Shown here: piece by piece, positions 28,594-38,322 of the stretch
Position numbering within the stretch: the first letter of the stretch is position 1
How the letters are laid out: every line of letters starts with the position of its first letter
Assembly (NCBI GenBank): GCA_050949225.1
Contig: JBMNFI010000001.1
Location: forward strand, 132,195-196,194
DNA length: 64,000 nt
Source of the DNA: Bacillota bacterium
GTDB lineage: Bacteria > Bacillota > Dehalobacteriia > UBA4068
Direction of reading: 5' to 3'
Position numbers and translations under genes: made by a program
The notes under the pieces: generated by a model
Seen by the model: the letters and a program-made list of their open reading frames with translations, nothing else
What the model was told of the DNA's origin: nothing
The model's database searches: none

Positions 28594-30273
28594 ATGTATA
28601 GAGAAATATTGATGAAAGGGACTCCTGAAGAGCTTTCAGTGGCTGTGATAGATAATCAGCAACTTTCAGAAATTTATTTTGAGCGTCTTTTTAAAAACCG
28701 TTTAATTGGTAATATTTATAAAGGTCATGTGGACAGTGTTTTGCCGGGTATGCAGGCTGCTTTTGTTGATATTGGCTTGGAGAAAAACAGTTTTTTGTAT
28801 GTAGAGGATGCGGTACCTAAAAAAATAGATGAATTCGGTCGGGAGCAGGGCGGCGAGAAGAAAAGTATTAATCAAATTTTACATAAAGGGCAAGAAATTG
28901 TGGTGCAAATCTTTAAAGAACCCTTCGGTTCTAAGGGTGCACGTGTAACGATGAATCTTACTTTTCCCGGACGTTATTTAGTGCTTTTACCCGGCTGTAA
29001 CTACATTGCTATTTCACGTCGCATTGATGATGAAAATGAGCGTAACAGGCTTAAAAGCTTAGCAAAGTCTCTTTTGCCGACCGGTGTAGGGGCGATTATT
29101 CGTACTGCGGCACAGGGTATGAGTGAAAAAGAATTATCCGGTGACATTAAAATGCTTTCTAAGCAATGGAAACGGATTCAAGGTAAAGCGGTGAAAAGTA
29201 AAGCACCCTCTTTGCTTTATGCTGATTTGGCTTTGGCCGAGCGTATTATTAGGGATACGGCGACTATGTCTGTAAATCGCATTTTAATTAATAATAGAGA
29301 AATGCATGAAAAGATGCAGGAGACTGCCGCCGTCATGGCGCCTTCCTTGGTGCCGAAAATCATCCTTAAAGAAACTGAAGATCCTTTCAACATGTATAAT
29401 GTACAGGCGCAGATTGAACAAGCCTTGTACCGTAAAGTCTGGCTGAAAAGCGGGGGTTATTTGATCATTGATCAGGTGGAGGCTCTGACGGTTATTGATG
29501 TTAATACTGGTAAATATGTGGGAAAAGATAACCTTTCTGCCACCATTTTACGTACCAATTTGGAAGCCGCAACGGAAATTTCTCGTCAATTGCGCTTGCG
29601 TAATATAGGAGGAATTATTATTGTCGATTTTATTGACATGGATAAACAAGACGATAAAAACGAGCTGATTGCGGTTTTGGAAAAAGAAGTAAAAAAGGAT
29701 CGAACCAAGGTAACTGTCCTAGGGCTGACACGGCTGGGACTGGTGGAAATGACCAGGAAAAAAAGAGGACAATCTTTGATGATGACTTTGGAAAAAGAAT
29801 GTCCTTTTTGTCAAGGTAAAGGGCGCGTTTTATCGGAAGCCAGTATCGATGCCCACATTAGGCAAGAAATAAAAATGATAGCAGATACAAGTGATGCACC
29901 GGCCATTCATATCAAAGCTCATACCAGTGTGGCCTCTTATTTATTGGGTCCGGCCGGACATAGTTTAGAGGGTTTGGAGAAAAAATATCGAAAAAAAATT
30001 ACTGTCTGCGGAGATGCTTCATTGCGTATGGAAAATTTTGTTGTCAGGCCCAGCTATGAAGAGATAACAAGTTATATCCAATCACCAGTTAAGACCGGCC
30101 AAAAAGTTAAACTTAAAATAGATTCTACTCATAGAGAGCATCTGTCGGATGGCTTGTCTCGGGTCAATGGTTTTATAATTCATATTATTGATGGTGGTAA
30201 TCGAGTTGGTCAAGAAGTTGAGGTAACCGTCACTAAGGTTTTGCCGACTTATGCCAAGGCACAGATCAATTAA
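28594..30273 (+). CDS. rng: Ribonuclease G/E family endoribonuclease
   Basis: S1 domain plus the RNase E/G catalytic core (DNase-I-like fold, IIVDFIDM motif) and the zinc-link CPFCQGKG. 559 aa. Confidence 0.85.
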   Translation: MYREILMKGTPEELSVAVIDNQQLSEIYFERLFKNRLIGNIYKGHVDSVLPGMQAAFVDIGLEKNSFLYVEDAVPKKIDEFGREQGGEKKSINQILHKGQEIVVQIFKEPFGSKGARVTMNLTFPGRYLVLLPGCNYIAISRRIDDENERNRLKSLAKSLLPTGVGAIIRTAAQGMSEKELSGDIKMLSKQWKRIQGKAVKSKAPSLLYADLALAERIIRDTATMSVNRILINNREMHEKMQETAAVMAPSLVPKIILKETEDPFNMYNVQAQIEQALYRKVWLKSGGYLIIDQVEALTVIDVNTGKYVGKDNLSATILRTNLEAATEISRQLRLRNIGGIIIVDFIDMDKQDDKNELIAVLEKEVKKDRTKVTVLGLTRLGLVEMTRKKRGQSLMMTLEKECPFCQGKGRVLSEASIDAHIRQEIKMIADTSDAPAIHIKAHTSVASYLLGPAGHSLEGLEKKYRKKITVCGDASLRMENFVVRPSYEEITSYIQSPVKTGQKVKLKIDSTHREHLSDGLSRVNGFIIHIIDGGNRVGQEVEVTVTKVLPTYAKAQIN

Positions 30274-30316
30274 AAAGAACCATTAAAAAAATCAATAGAA
30301 TAACCGTAAATATTGA

Positions 30317-30346
30317 TTGACAAAGTCATGTTTTTCATGATAAAAT
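30317..30346 (+). promoter_or_regulatory. Sigma-A promoter for rplU operon (TTGACA-17/18-TGaTAAAAT, extended -10)
   Basis: Perfect -35 hexamer and an extended -10, about 100 nt upstream of rplU. Confidence 0.55.
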
Positions 30347-30445
30347 ATTACTGTTATGTTGCTATACCGCTCCGAAAAGGTTGAAAGTACCGTTTAGGTC
30401 ACCTTGGTCGGGCGAGTCTATATAGTAGGGGAGGTGCAACGATTA
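30347..30445 (+). ncRNA. Putative ribosomal-protein L21 leader (cis-regulatory 5'UTR)
   Basis: About 100-nt GC-enriched leader between promoter and rplU (GGTCACCTTGGTCGGGCGAG). L21-leader structures are known in Firmicutes. Confidence 0.35.
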
Positions 30446-30757
30446 ATGTATGCAATCATTGAAACAGGTGGCAAGCAATACAAAGTTAATCAAGGGGATG
30501 TCTTAAAAGTAGAGCTTTTAACAGCTGAAACAGGTGAAACTTTAACGATTGATAAAGTTTTAGCCGTTTCGGATGGCAAAAGTACCACTATTGGCAGTCC
30601 TTATGTTGATGGTGCGGCGGTTGAATGCAAGGTTTTGGAACATGGTAAAAATAAAAAAGTTGTGGTGTTCAGATATAAACCAAAGAAAAATGTCCGGGTT
30701 AAAAAAGGACACCGTCAACCATTTACTAAACTGGAAATTACCGGTATTACTGTTTAA
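30446..30757 (+). CDS. rplU: 50S ribosomal protein L21
   Basis: [15 protein letters not shown]-terminus. The real start is the internal Met of the listed ORF. Confidence 0.9.
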   Translation: MYAIIETGGKQYKVNQGDVLKVELLTAETGETLTIDKVLAVSDGKSTTIGSPYVDGAAVECKVLEHGKNKKVVVFRYKPKKNVRVKKGHRQPFTKLEITGITV

Positions 30758-30797
30758 AAATAATTAAAATTTTCCTTATAAGAGGAGGTGGGATATA

Positions 30798-31061
30798 ATG
30801 GCTCAAAAGAAAGCCGGAGGTAGTTCGCGTAATGGTCGCGATAGTCAGTCGAAACGACTGGGATTAAAAAGTCATGATGGGCAAATGATCTCGGCCGGTA
30901 CCATTATTGTTCGCCAAAGAGGAACTAAATTTCATCCTGGTAATAATGTTGGTATTGGTAAAGATGATACACTGTTTGCTAAAGTAGATGGTCAAGTAAT
31001 GTTTGAAAGAAAAAGTCGGGAAAAGAAACAGGTCAGTGTTTATCCCGTGCAAGCTGTTTAA
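30798..31061 (+). CDS. rpmA: 50S ribosomal protein L27 (no N-terminal propeptide)
   Basis: [22 protein letters not shown] resembles mature E. coli-type L27. No prp/ysxB gene lies between rplU and rpmA. Confidence 0.9.
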   Translation: MAQKKAGGSSRNGRDSQSKRLGLKSHDGQMISAGTIIVRQRGTKFHPGNNVGIGKDDTLFAKVDGQVMFERKSREKKQVSVYPVQAV

Positions 31062-31073
31062 ATTTTGTATCCT

Positions 31074-31106
31074 AAGAGACTTTCTGAAAAAGAAAGTCTC
31101 TTTTAT
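31074..31106 (+). terminator. Intrinsic terminator after rpmA
   Basis: AAGAGACTTTC-TGAAAAA-GAAAGTCTCTT followed by TTTAT. Confidence 0.7.
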
Positions 31107-31155
31107 ATCATTATGTGATATACTATATAATATAAGTTAGAGAAAAGGGAAGATT

Positions 31156-32436
31156 ATGTTTTACGATTATGCAAAAATATATATTCAGGGCGGTGCCGGT
31201 GGTAACGGAATAGCTGCCTTTAGAAGAGAAAAATATGTGCCGATGGGCGGACCTGCCGGCGGTGACGGCGGTCGTGGCGGCAATATTATTCTCATCGGAG
31301 ACAGGAACCTCAAAACATTAGCTGATTTTCGCTATAAAAGGCATTATCGAGCTGATCGAGGGCAAAACGGATCAAATAAAAATCAACATGGACAAGGGGC
31401 GCCTAACCTATATTTGCGGGTGCCTTTGGGTACCATTTGTCGTGATCATGATACAAATGAACTGCTAGCTGATATTGTTGTGGATGGTCAAGAATTTGTA
31501 GTGGCCAAAGGTGGTCGTGGCGGCCGTGGAAATAGCCGTTTTGCCACGGCGCAAAACAAGGCGCCGCGGATGGCTGAAAAAGGAGCGCCGGGAGAAGAGC
31601 GTAATATTCAGCTGGAATTAAAACTGCTTGCTGATGTAGGGCTGATTGGTTTACCTAATGTTGGTAAATCAACTTTAATCAGCCGTGTTTCAGCGGCCAA
31701 GCCAAAGATTGCCAATTATCCTTTTACTACTTTACAACCCAATTTAGGTGTGGTTGATTTAGATGATGGCAAAGGTTTTGTGATGGCTGATCTGCCCGGA
31801 TTAGTGGAAGGTGCTGCCGAAGGAGTAGGCTTAGGTCAGCGTTTTTTACGGCACACGGAAAGAACCAGAGTTTTAATACATGTTTTAGACATGTCCGGTT
31901 TGACTGAAAGTGATATTTATGATGATTTTTGTTTGCTTCTGGAAGAGTTGCGTCGCTATCGGGAGGACTTGATGGAGCGCCCGCAAATAATTGCCGCAAA
32001 TAAGATGGATTTGCCGCAAGCTGCGGAAAATTTGTCCAAATTTAAAGCTAAACTGCAGGAAAACGGACAAAAGTATGAAATTTTTCCTATTTCAGCAATT
32101 AAGGGTCAGGGTTTGAAGTCGCTTGTGCAACGGGCGGCAGAATTAATCGCCGCAGCACCGGAGCCCATGGCAGTTAAAGAAGAGGAAATTAAGCATACTA
32201 TAGTTAAGGATGAACAGCCTTGGCAAATCGCGGAGATAGAGCCCGGCTTTTGGCAAGTTACAGGGCAAGGTGTAGAAAAATTAGTAGCCATGACTGATAT
32301 GCAAAATGATGAGGCGGTCTCTCGTATGCAGAAAATTTTTGCTAAAATTGGCTTTGACAAGGCCTTAAAGGAAGCAGGAATCCAAGAAGGCGACGTGGTT
32401 AAAATCGGCAGGGAAGAATTTGATTTTGCTGAATAA
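31156..32436 (+). CDS. obg: GTPase Obg/CgtA
   Basis: Gly-rich Obg fold (GGDGGRGG), G-domain GLPNVGKST, and a C-terminal OCT domain. Confidence 0.9.
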   Translation: MFYDYAKIYIQGGAGGNGIAAFRREKYVPMGGPAGGDGGRGGNIILIGDRNLKTLADFRYKRHYRADRGQNGSNKNQHGQGAPNLYLRVPLGTICRDHDTNELLADIVVDGQEFVVAKGGRGGRGNSRFATAQNKAPRMAEKGAPGEERNIQLELKLLADVGLIGLPNVGKSTLISRVSAAKPKIANYPFTTLQPNLGVVDLDDGKGFVMADLPGLVEGAAEGVGLGQRFLRHTERTRVLIHVLDMSGLTESDIYDDFCLLLEELRRYREDLMERPQIIAANKMDLPQAAENLSKFKAKLQENGQKYEIFPISAIKGQGLKSLVQRAAELIAAAPEPMAVKEEEIKHTIVKDEQPWQIAEIEPGFWQVTGQGVEKLVAMTDMQNDEAVSRMQKIFAKIGFDKALKEAGIQEGDVVKIGREEFDFAE

Positions 32437-32453
32437 TAATCAAGGAGGCTATT

Positions 32454-33077
32454 ATGCTTTTAAGTGAACCTAAAGCGGGCAAAAAAATCAAAGTGGGGCT
32501 GATGGGTGGCACTTTTGATCCCATTCATTATGGCCATTTAGTAGCCGCTGAGGCCGCCAGGGATAAGTTTCAACTGGATGAGGTGGTTTTTGTGCCTGCC
32601 GGCAGACCACCGCATAAACGTAAAAAAATAGTTTCCGAACCTCGTCATCGAGTAATGATGACCATTTTAGCAACGATTACTAACCCTTCGTTCAGGGTTT
32701 CACGCATAGAGGCCGAAAGAGAAGGCTATTCCTATGCTTACGATACAGTGATGCAATTTTTGCAGCTTTATAAACGGCAATGTGAATTGTATTTTATCAC
32801 TGGGGCGGATGCTATTTTGGATATTTTATCCTGGAATAAAGTTGATGAATTGGTGGAAAACTGCCGCTTTATCGCAGCTAATCGTCCCGGATTTACCTGG
32901 CCTGATAATACTGATTTGCCGGACTATGTATTAAATAATGTTACTTTTATGGAAGTGCCGGCCTTGGCTATTTCCTCAACTGATATCAGATCGCGGGTTG
33001 TTAACGGTGAAAGTATAACTTACCTGGTTCCGGAATCAGTACAAATGTATATTACTAAAAACCAACTTTATAAATAA
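32454..33077 (+). CDS. nadD: Nicotinate-nucleotide adenylyltransferase
   Basis: GGTFDPIHYGH (HxGH) motif. 207 aa. Confidence 0.9.
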   Translation: MLLSEPKAGKKIKVGLMGGTFDPIHYGHLVAAEAARDKFQLDEVVFVPAGRPPHKRKKIVSEPRHRVMMTILATITNPSFRVSRIEAEREGYSYAYDTVMQFLQLYKRQCELYFITGADAILDILSWNKVDELVENCRFIAANRPGFTWPDNTDLPDYVLNNVTFMEVPALAISSTDIRSRVVNGESITYLVPESVQMYITKNQLYK

Positions 33078-33089
33078 GGGATTGAAGGT

Positions 33090-33671
33090 ATGTCTTTATC
33101 AGAAAAACTTTGTAAGTGCGTGCAGAAATTGCTTAATAAGAGCCGCTATCAGCATAGTTTAGCGGTTGCCGAAACGGCCAAAAAACTAGCTGATCATTGG
33201 GGAGAAGATCCGCAAAAAGCCGAGCTGGCGGGTTTTTTACATGATTTAGGTAGGTCTTATGATGCACATGAATATATCGATCTTTGCCAAAAATATGGCT
33301 TAAAGGTCAGCCAGCGAGAGCGCTGTAACCCTATTTTGCTGCATGCACCTTTAGGGGCGTATATGGCGGAAAAGGAACTTGGTATTGCGGATACGGATAT
33401 TTTAGAGGCGATAGCCTATCATACTTTGGGGAAAATAGGCATGAGCGATCTGGCAAAAATCATTTTTTTAGCTGATGTGATTGAACCGGGTCGGCAATGG
33501 AAGGATACGGAAACGTTAAAAGAGCTGCGTAAAGTCGCTTATGAAGATTTAAATCTGGTGGTGGGTAAGGCTTTGGACGGTATTTTTAATTGGCTGCTTG
33601 AATGCGGTCGAGAGATTCCTCTTGAAGATTACCAAACCAGAGATTATTTTTATGCATTGGCCAAAAAATAG
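33090..33671 (+). CDS. yqeK: HD-domain protein YqeK
   Basis: HSLAVA...HDLG HD motif. Conserved position after nadD. Confidence 0.8.
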   Translation: MSLSEKLCKCVQKLLNKSRYQHSLAVAETAKKLADHWGEDPQKAELAGFLHDLGRSYDAHEYIDLCQKYGLKVSQRERCNPILLHAPLGAYMAEKELGIADTDILEAIAYHTLGKIGMSDLAKIIFLADVIEPGRQWKDTETLKELRKVAYEDLNLVVGKALDGIFNWLLECGREIPLEDYQTRDYFYALAKK

Positions 33672-33710
33672 AGAAAAATAAGGAAAATAGTTTAATGAGG
33701 AGGTCTAAGA

Positions 33711-34082
33711 TTGCCTAATAACCCTAGTAATTCAAATCATAATGAAAGTAAAGAATTGGTAGAAAAAATAGTTACCTGGTGCAAAGAAAAGAAAGCTGTT
33801 AATATTTTAAGTATTAATTTACAGGGAATTTCTTTAATCGGTGATTATTTTCTGTTGCTTACCGTCTCTAATGCGCGGCAAGGGCAGGCTTTGACAGATT
33901 ATCTTAAAGAACAGTTAAAAGAGCTGGGAAAAGAAGTTTTACGTACTGAAGGTTATGATGAAGCAAGGTGGATTTTGTTGGATTGTGGCGAGGTTATTAT
34001 CCATATTTTCCAGGATGAAGAACGTAAATATTATAACCTGGAACGCTTGTGGGGCGATGCGCCTATTGAAAACTATTTCTAA
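33711..34082 (+). CDS. rsfS: Ribosomal silencing factor RsfS
   Basis: 123 aa in the conserved nadD-yqeK-rsfS arrangement. Confidence 0.8.
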   Translation: MPNNPSNSNHNESKELVEKIVTWCKEKKAVNILSINLQGISLIGDYFLLLTVSNARQGQALTDYLKEQLKELGKEVLRTEGYDEARWILLDCGEVIIHIFQDEERKYYNLERLWGDAPIENYF

Positions 34083-34133
34083 AATGCTCTGAAAAGGGTA
34101 ATGTATAAATATGCAAACTTACTTATGCTAACT

Positions 34134-34209
34134 GTGGATAAGTTGTGGATAAAAAATGTAAAATTGTGCTTGACAAGATAAATGGCCAGCTAGAGGTGCT
34201 GTGGATTTA
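34134..34209. promoter_or_regulatory. DnaA-box cluster: two perfect tandem TGTGGATAA boxes (34134-34142, 34145-34153) plus a 1-mismatch box TGTGGATTT (34201-34209)
   Basis: These are exact reverse complements of the DnaA-box consensus TTATCCACA. They are 2 nt apart in the rsfS-ilvA intergenic region. Confidence 0.55.
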
Positions 34210-34461
34210 AACAAAGAAAATGTGGAAAAAACAGCATAAAAAAATGTTGAAATACGAGTTTTGACTACATTTTAGAGGACTTTTGTTATAAAATAAGTTT
34301 TTTTTGTAAGGAAACTGCTTATAAAGATGGTGGAAGTTAATTCGTTATTAAATGCCAGTATTTTACAGTTTTCGACTAAGGGGTACATAAATTTTCATGA
34401 TATACAGAGCTAATGAGCCAAAATGTCGCTTATTGGTGAAAAAAACTTTAAGGAGTAGATA

Positions 34462-35712
34462 ATGAGTGAATTATTAACAATAAACATGATTCGTGAGGCT
34501 GGTGAGACTTTAAAACCGGTGGTCAAGAAAACATCTTTAGAAAAAAATTACATTCTTTCCGAAAAGTATCAAAGTACGGTGCTTTGCAAAAGGGAGGATT
34601 TGCAGATTGTTCGCTCTTTTAAGCTTAGGGGAGCGTATAATAAGATGGCCAGTTTGACTAAGGAGGAATTATTGCGGGGTGTTGTTTGCGCAAGTGCGGG
34701 TAACCATGCTCAGGGTGTGGCCTATTCCTGCAAGTCTTTGCAGTCACCGGGTAAAATTTTTATGCCTGTGACCACTCCTAAACAAAAAATCTCCCAAGTG
34801 ACGCGCTTTGGCAATGATAATGTTGAAGTAATTTTAACAGGGGATACATTTGATGATGCTTCCGAGGCTGCTTTTAAGTATTGTCAAAAGCATAACATGA
34901 CTTTTATACACCCTTTTAATGATCCGTTGGTGATTGCGGGACAAGCCACCGTGGCAATGGAAATTTTAGCAGATGCTCCGCAGCCGATAGACTATCTTTT
35001 CATGACGATTGGCGGCGGTGGATTGGCTGCCGGGATGGGGACTTATTTTAAGCATTTTAGTCCTCAGACTAAAATCATTGGTGTTGAACCTCTTGGTGCG
35101 GCCTCTATGCAGTCTGCTTTTGAGCAGGGTGCAGTAGTTTCTTTAGAAAAGATTGACAAGTTTGTCGATGGTGCTGCGGTTAAAAAGGTAGGGGATCTCA
35201 CTTTTTCGGTTTGCCGAAAAATGGTTGATGAAATAGTGACCGTGCCGGAAGGGAAGGTTTGCAGCACCATTTTAGACCTTTATAATAATTGTGCAATGGT
35301 TCTGGAGCCGGCCGGAGCCTTGCCGGTGGCGGCACTTGATTTTTACCGTGAGCAGATTAAAGGCAAACAGGTGGTTTGTGTGATTTCCGGTGGCAATAAT
35401 GACATCGACCGGATGCAGGAAATTAAAGAAAAATCACTTTTATATGAGGGTCTGAAACATTATTTTATTATTGAATTTCCTCAAAGACCGGGAGCCTTAA
35501 AGGAATTTGTGAATGAAGTTTTGGGGCCCAATGACGATATTACGCGTTTTGAATACACAAAGTCTAATGACAAGGAAAAAGGGCCTACACTGGTGGGGAT
35601 CGAACTGAGCTATCCGGAGGATTATGAAAGTCTTTTACAAAGGTTGAAGGAAAAAGGGTTCAAATACACGATTGTCAATCATAGCAAGCAGCTCCTAAAT
35701 CTTTTTGTCTAA
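34462..35712 (+). CDS. ilvA: Threonine ammonia-lyase (threonine dehydratase), PLP enzyme with C-terminal ACT-like domain
   Basis: PLP-lysine motif SFKLRGA and Gly-rich GGGGLAAG loop. 416 aa. Confidence 0.85.
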   Translation: MSELLTINMIREAGETLKPVVKKTSLEKNYILSEKYQSTVLCKREDLQIVRSFKLRGAYNKMASLTKEELLRGVVCASAGNHAQGVAYSCKSLQSPGKIFMPVTTPKQKISQVTRFGNDNVEVILTGDTFDDASEAAFKYCQKHNMTFIHPFNDPLVIAGQATVAMEILADAPQPIDYLFMTIGGGGLAAGMGTYFKHFSPQTKIIGVEPLGAASMQSAFEQGAVVSLEKIDKFVDGAAVKKVGDLTFSVCRKMVDEIVTVPEGKVCSTILDLYNNCAMVLEPAGALPVAALDFYREQIKGKQVVCVISGGNNDIDRMQEIKEKSLLYEGLKHYFIIEFPQRPGALKEFVNEVLGPNDDITRFEYTKSNDKEKGPTLVGIELSYPEDYESLLQRLKEKGFKYTIVNHSKQLLNLFV

Positions 35713-35727
35713 TAACTAATAAATTTA

Positions 35728-35750
35728 CCGCCGACCATCATGGCCGGCGG
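35728..35750. terminator. GC-rich hairpin downstream of ilvA (CCGCCGACC-ATCAT-GGCCGGCGG), weak or absent U-tract
   Basis: 9-bp stem with one mismatch. It is not followed by a T-run, so terminator function is uncertain. Confidence 0.3.
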
Positions 35751-35873
35751 CTGTCTATTGGAAGATATTTTAATTTTAGTCTTGATTGCACAAATTAACG
35801 GCTACAGGCTAAATAAAAAACGGTAAAACATGGGGCTTACTTAACACTACTTTCTATAATTTTCTATAAATTA

Positions 35874-36290
35874 TTATAATTTAGCTTGTTTAGCTTTTTC
35901 CGAGATTTCCACCAATTCCTCATGAGACAAAGTAGGCAGTTTTTTTAACTGTTCTAAAAACAGCATTAAACTTTCCTTATGTTTGATTTTCGTTTGTTCG
36001 TTAAGATATGTAATGACGACTGCCGGAATCATGGCCACTACGATCACTCCGTAGAGGGTCAAAAGGATTGTCAGAAGGCGACCAACCCCTGTTACAGCGA
36101 CATAATCGCCATAGCCAATGGTAGTAAAGGAAATAAAGCAATACCAAAGACTTTCGCGATAGGTATGAATTGACGGTTCAAACAGTAATACCAAAAAAGA
36201 CGTAACTATATAATAGAGGAAAAAACCGCTAAGAATTTTATTCATCCCTGTTCTTTTTATGATCATCCAAAAAAACGATAGTTTTTTCAT
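35874..36290 (-). CDS. Minimal two-TM potassium channel (ion transport 2 domain)
   Basis: K+ selectivity filter TTIGYGD between two TM helices. 138 aa with a short cytoplasmic tail. Confidence 0.7.
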   Translation of the reverse strand: MKKLSFFWMIIKRTGMNKILSGFFLYYIVTSFLVLLFEPSIHTYRESLWYCFISFTTIGYGDYVAVTGVGRLLTILLTLYGVIVVAMIPAVVITYLNEQTKIKHKESLMLFLEQLKKLPTLSHEELVEISEKAKQAKL

Positions 36291-36365
36291 ATAAAAAACC
36301 TCTTCATTGATAGGATGCTTTTATTATAGCATTTGCCTTATCTAAGAGGAAGAGGTTTTTTTTAA

Positions 36366-36935
36366 CTAATGCTCCAGGTATCTGGCAAAAAAACTGGCTG
36401 CCGTTTCGGCAATTTTGCTTTCCAAGATACCAAGATGGATCTTTTGATCTTTATTAACAATGATCACAGCACCCATAGGATCACCGTGATTGATAATGGG
36501 GGCGATTATTTTGCCATAGAAATGATTGTTTTCTGAAAGCTGTTCGCCGTTTTCTTCATTAATAATTGTACCGGATGTCGGTTTGTCATAATTTTCACAA
36601 AAAAGTCGCCGCTCTTGCATAGATTTTTTTACTAAACGGCCGATAGGTTGCCCCAAAAAATCTTTTTTGGCTTTTCCACTAACGGCAATAATGTGATCTC
36701 GATCAGTAATCATGACTGTCTTATCAAGGTTTTCACTAATCGATTGGGCATACTCATCGGCTATTTTGCTTAATTCACCCAAGGGAGAATATTTTTTTAA
36801 AATAATTTTTTCTTCTGCCGTGACATATATTTCAAGCGGATCGCCTTCATGAATTCTCATAGTTCTTCTAATTTCTTTTGGAATTACCACACGTCCCAGG
36901 TCATCAATTCTTCTAACAATTCCCGTTGCTTTCAT
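36366..36935 (-). CDS. spoVT: Stage V sporulation protein T (AbrB-N + GAF transcription regulator)
   Basis: MKATGIVRRIDDLGRVVIPKEIRRTMRIHEGDPLEIYV is near-identical to the B. subtilis SpoVT N-terminus. The start is placed at the internal Met of the longer ORF. Confidence 0.85.
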   Translation of the reverse strand: MKATGIVRRIDDLGRVVIPKEIRRTMRIHEGDPLEIYVTAEEKIILKKYSPLGELSKIADEYAQSISENLDKTVMITDRDHIIAVSGKAKKDFLGQPIGRLVKKSMQERRLFCENYDKPTSGTIINEENGEQLSENNHFYGKIIAPIINHGDPMGAVIIVNKDQKIHLGILESKIAETAASFFARYLEH

Positions 36936-37091
36936 TTGTGTCCTCCTCAATATAATCTCACTCTTATTATGAGAATTTATGGACATAAATATACAGTAAA
37001 TGACAAAAGATAGAGGACTAATTTATCCATTTGTTTAATATATGATTAAGCTCGTAATATTACTTTAAAAAAAGTCCGTCTTAGTAAAGGA

Positions 37092-37874
37092 GTGAGAATT
37101 ATGGTTGATGCTGCCGCTTGGCAAAAACTAGCTGATATTATGGCAGCTTTGCGTGCCCCTAATGGTTGTCCCTGGGATCAAGAACAGGATCATCATAGCT
37201 TAAAGCGCTATCTAGTAGAAGAAACCTATGAGGTTTTGGACGCTATTGATAGCGGAAATGATGAAAACCTTTGTGACGAATTGGGTGATCTGTTGCTACA
37301 AGTGGTTTTTCATGCTCAGATAGCAAGCGAACAAGGCCGTTTTACTTTAGATGATGTAGTAAATAGTGTTTCGCAAAAGATGATCCGCCGTCATCCGCAT
37401 GTTTTTGCCGACACGGAAGCTGCTGATGCGCAGGAGGTTTTAAGCCTGTGGGAAGAGATCAAGGCACAGGAAAAAGACGATGGTGTTAAGCGTGGCTTAA
37501 TGCATGTTAATCACAACTTGCCGGCTCTACTTTTAGCACAAAAAGTTCAAGATAAGGCCGCTCGAGTGGGTTTTGACTGGCAGGATATTACGGGACCGCA
37601 ACAAAAACTGAAAGAGGAATTACAAGAACTAAAAGAGGCTCAAACGACAGTTCAACAAACAGAAGAGCTGGGTGATGTTATTTTTTCAGTGGTTAATTTG
37701 GCGCGTTTTATGCAGCTTGATGCAGAATCTGCCTTGCGGCAAACAATTAAAAAATTTATAGGGCGTTTTTCATATATTGAAAAACAATTAACTCAATCTG
37801 ATATTTCTTTTACTGAAGCCGAGCCGGATCAGCTGGAAATGTACTGGCAAGAGAGCAAAAAAATGGGTTTATAA
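37092..37874 (+). CDS. mazG: MazG-family nucleoside triphosphate pyrophosphohydrolase (YabN-like)
   Basis: Duplicated MazG EExxE/D motifs (LVEETYEVLDAI, EELGDVIFSVVN). Conserved neighbour of spoVT. Confidence 0.8.
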   Translation: MRIMVDAAAWQKLADIMAALRAPNGCPWDQEQDHHSLKRYLVEETYEVLDAIDSGNDENLCDELGDLLLQVVFHAQIASEQGRFTLDDVVNSVSQKMIRRHPHVFADTEAADAQEVLSLWEEIKAQEKDDGVKRGLMHVNHNLPALLLAQKVQDKAARVGFDWQDITGPQQKLKEELQELKEAQTTVQQTEELGDVIFSVVNLARFMQLDAESALRQTIKKFIGRFSYIEKQLTQSDISFTEAEPDQLEMYWQESKKMGL

Positions 37875-37886
37875 AGGAGTAGTTAC

Positions 37887-38159
37887 ATGCGTTTAGATAA
37901 ATTTTTAAAAGTTTCAAGAATTATTAAACGACGTCCGGTGGCTAAAGAAGTTTGCGATGCCGGACGCATCAGCCTTAATGGACGTATCGCTAAAGCCGGC
38001 AGTGAGGTGCAGGTAGGGGATATTATTAATGTCAGTTACGGCAATCGTCGTTTAGAAGCTGAGATTTTACTCTTGGCGGAAACGATGCGAGCAAGTGAGG
38101 CGGACACTATGTACCGGGTGATTAGCGATGTGCGTGTGCAAAAAGAGCCGCTGATTTAA
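37887..38159 (+). CDS. S4-domain RNA-binding protein (YabO/Hsp15-like)
   Basis: 90 aa with S4 fold MRLDKFLKVSRIIKRR. Confidence 0.75.
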   Translation: MRLDKFLKVSRIIKRRPVAKEVCDAGRISLNGRIAKAGSEVQVGDIINVSYGNRRLEAEILLLAETMRASEADTMYRVISDVRVQKEPLI

Positions 38160-38322
38160 TGTTATGCGGTAAAAATTGAGACGATAAAAAGTTTTGAATA
38201 CATTTTGACTATATTTGACCATAAGGAAAGATCTTTATGCTAAAAAGGGGCTTTTTTGGCATAAAGACTTTTTTAAGGCATAGTTTTAACTAAGACGAAT
38301 TTTTGAAAAGCGGTGTTGAACT

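Noticed and set aside
34083-34461. Looked for a T-box or other riboswitch upstream of ilvA, and for an Sda-like small ORF beside the DnaA boxes.
   Set aside because: No T-box consensus or specifier-loop architecture. The candidate small ORFs (for example the 28-aa MVEVNSLLNASILQFSTKGYINFHDIQS) lack an RBS and do not resemble Sda.
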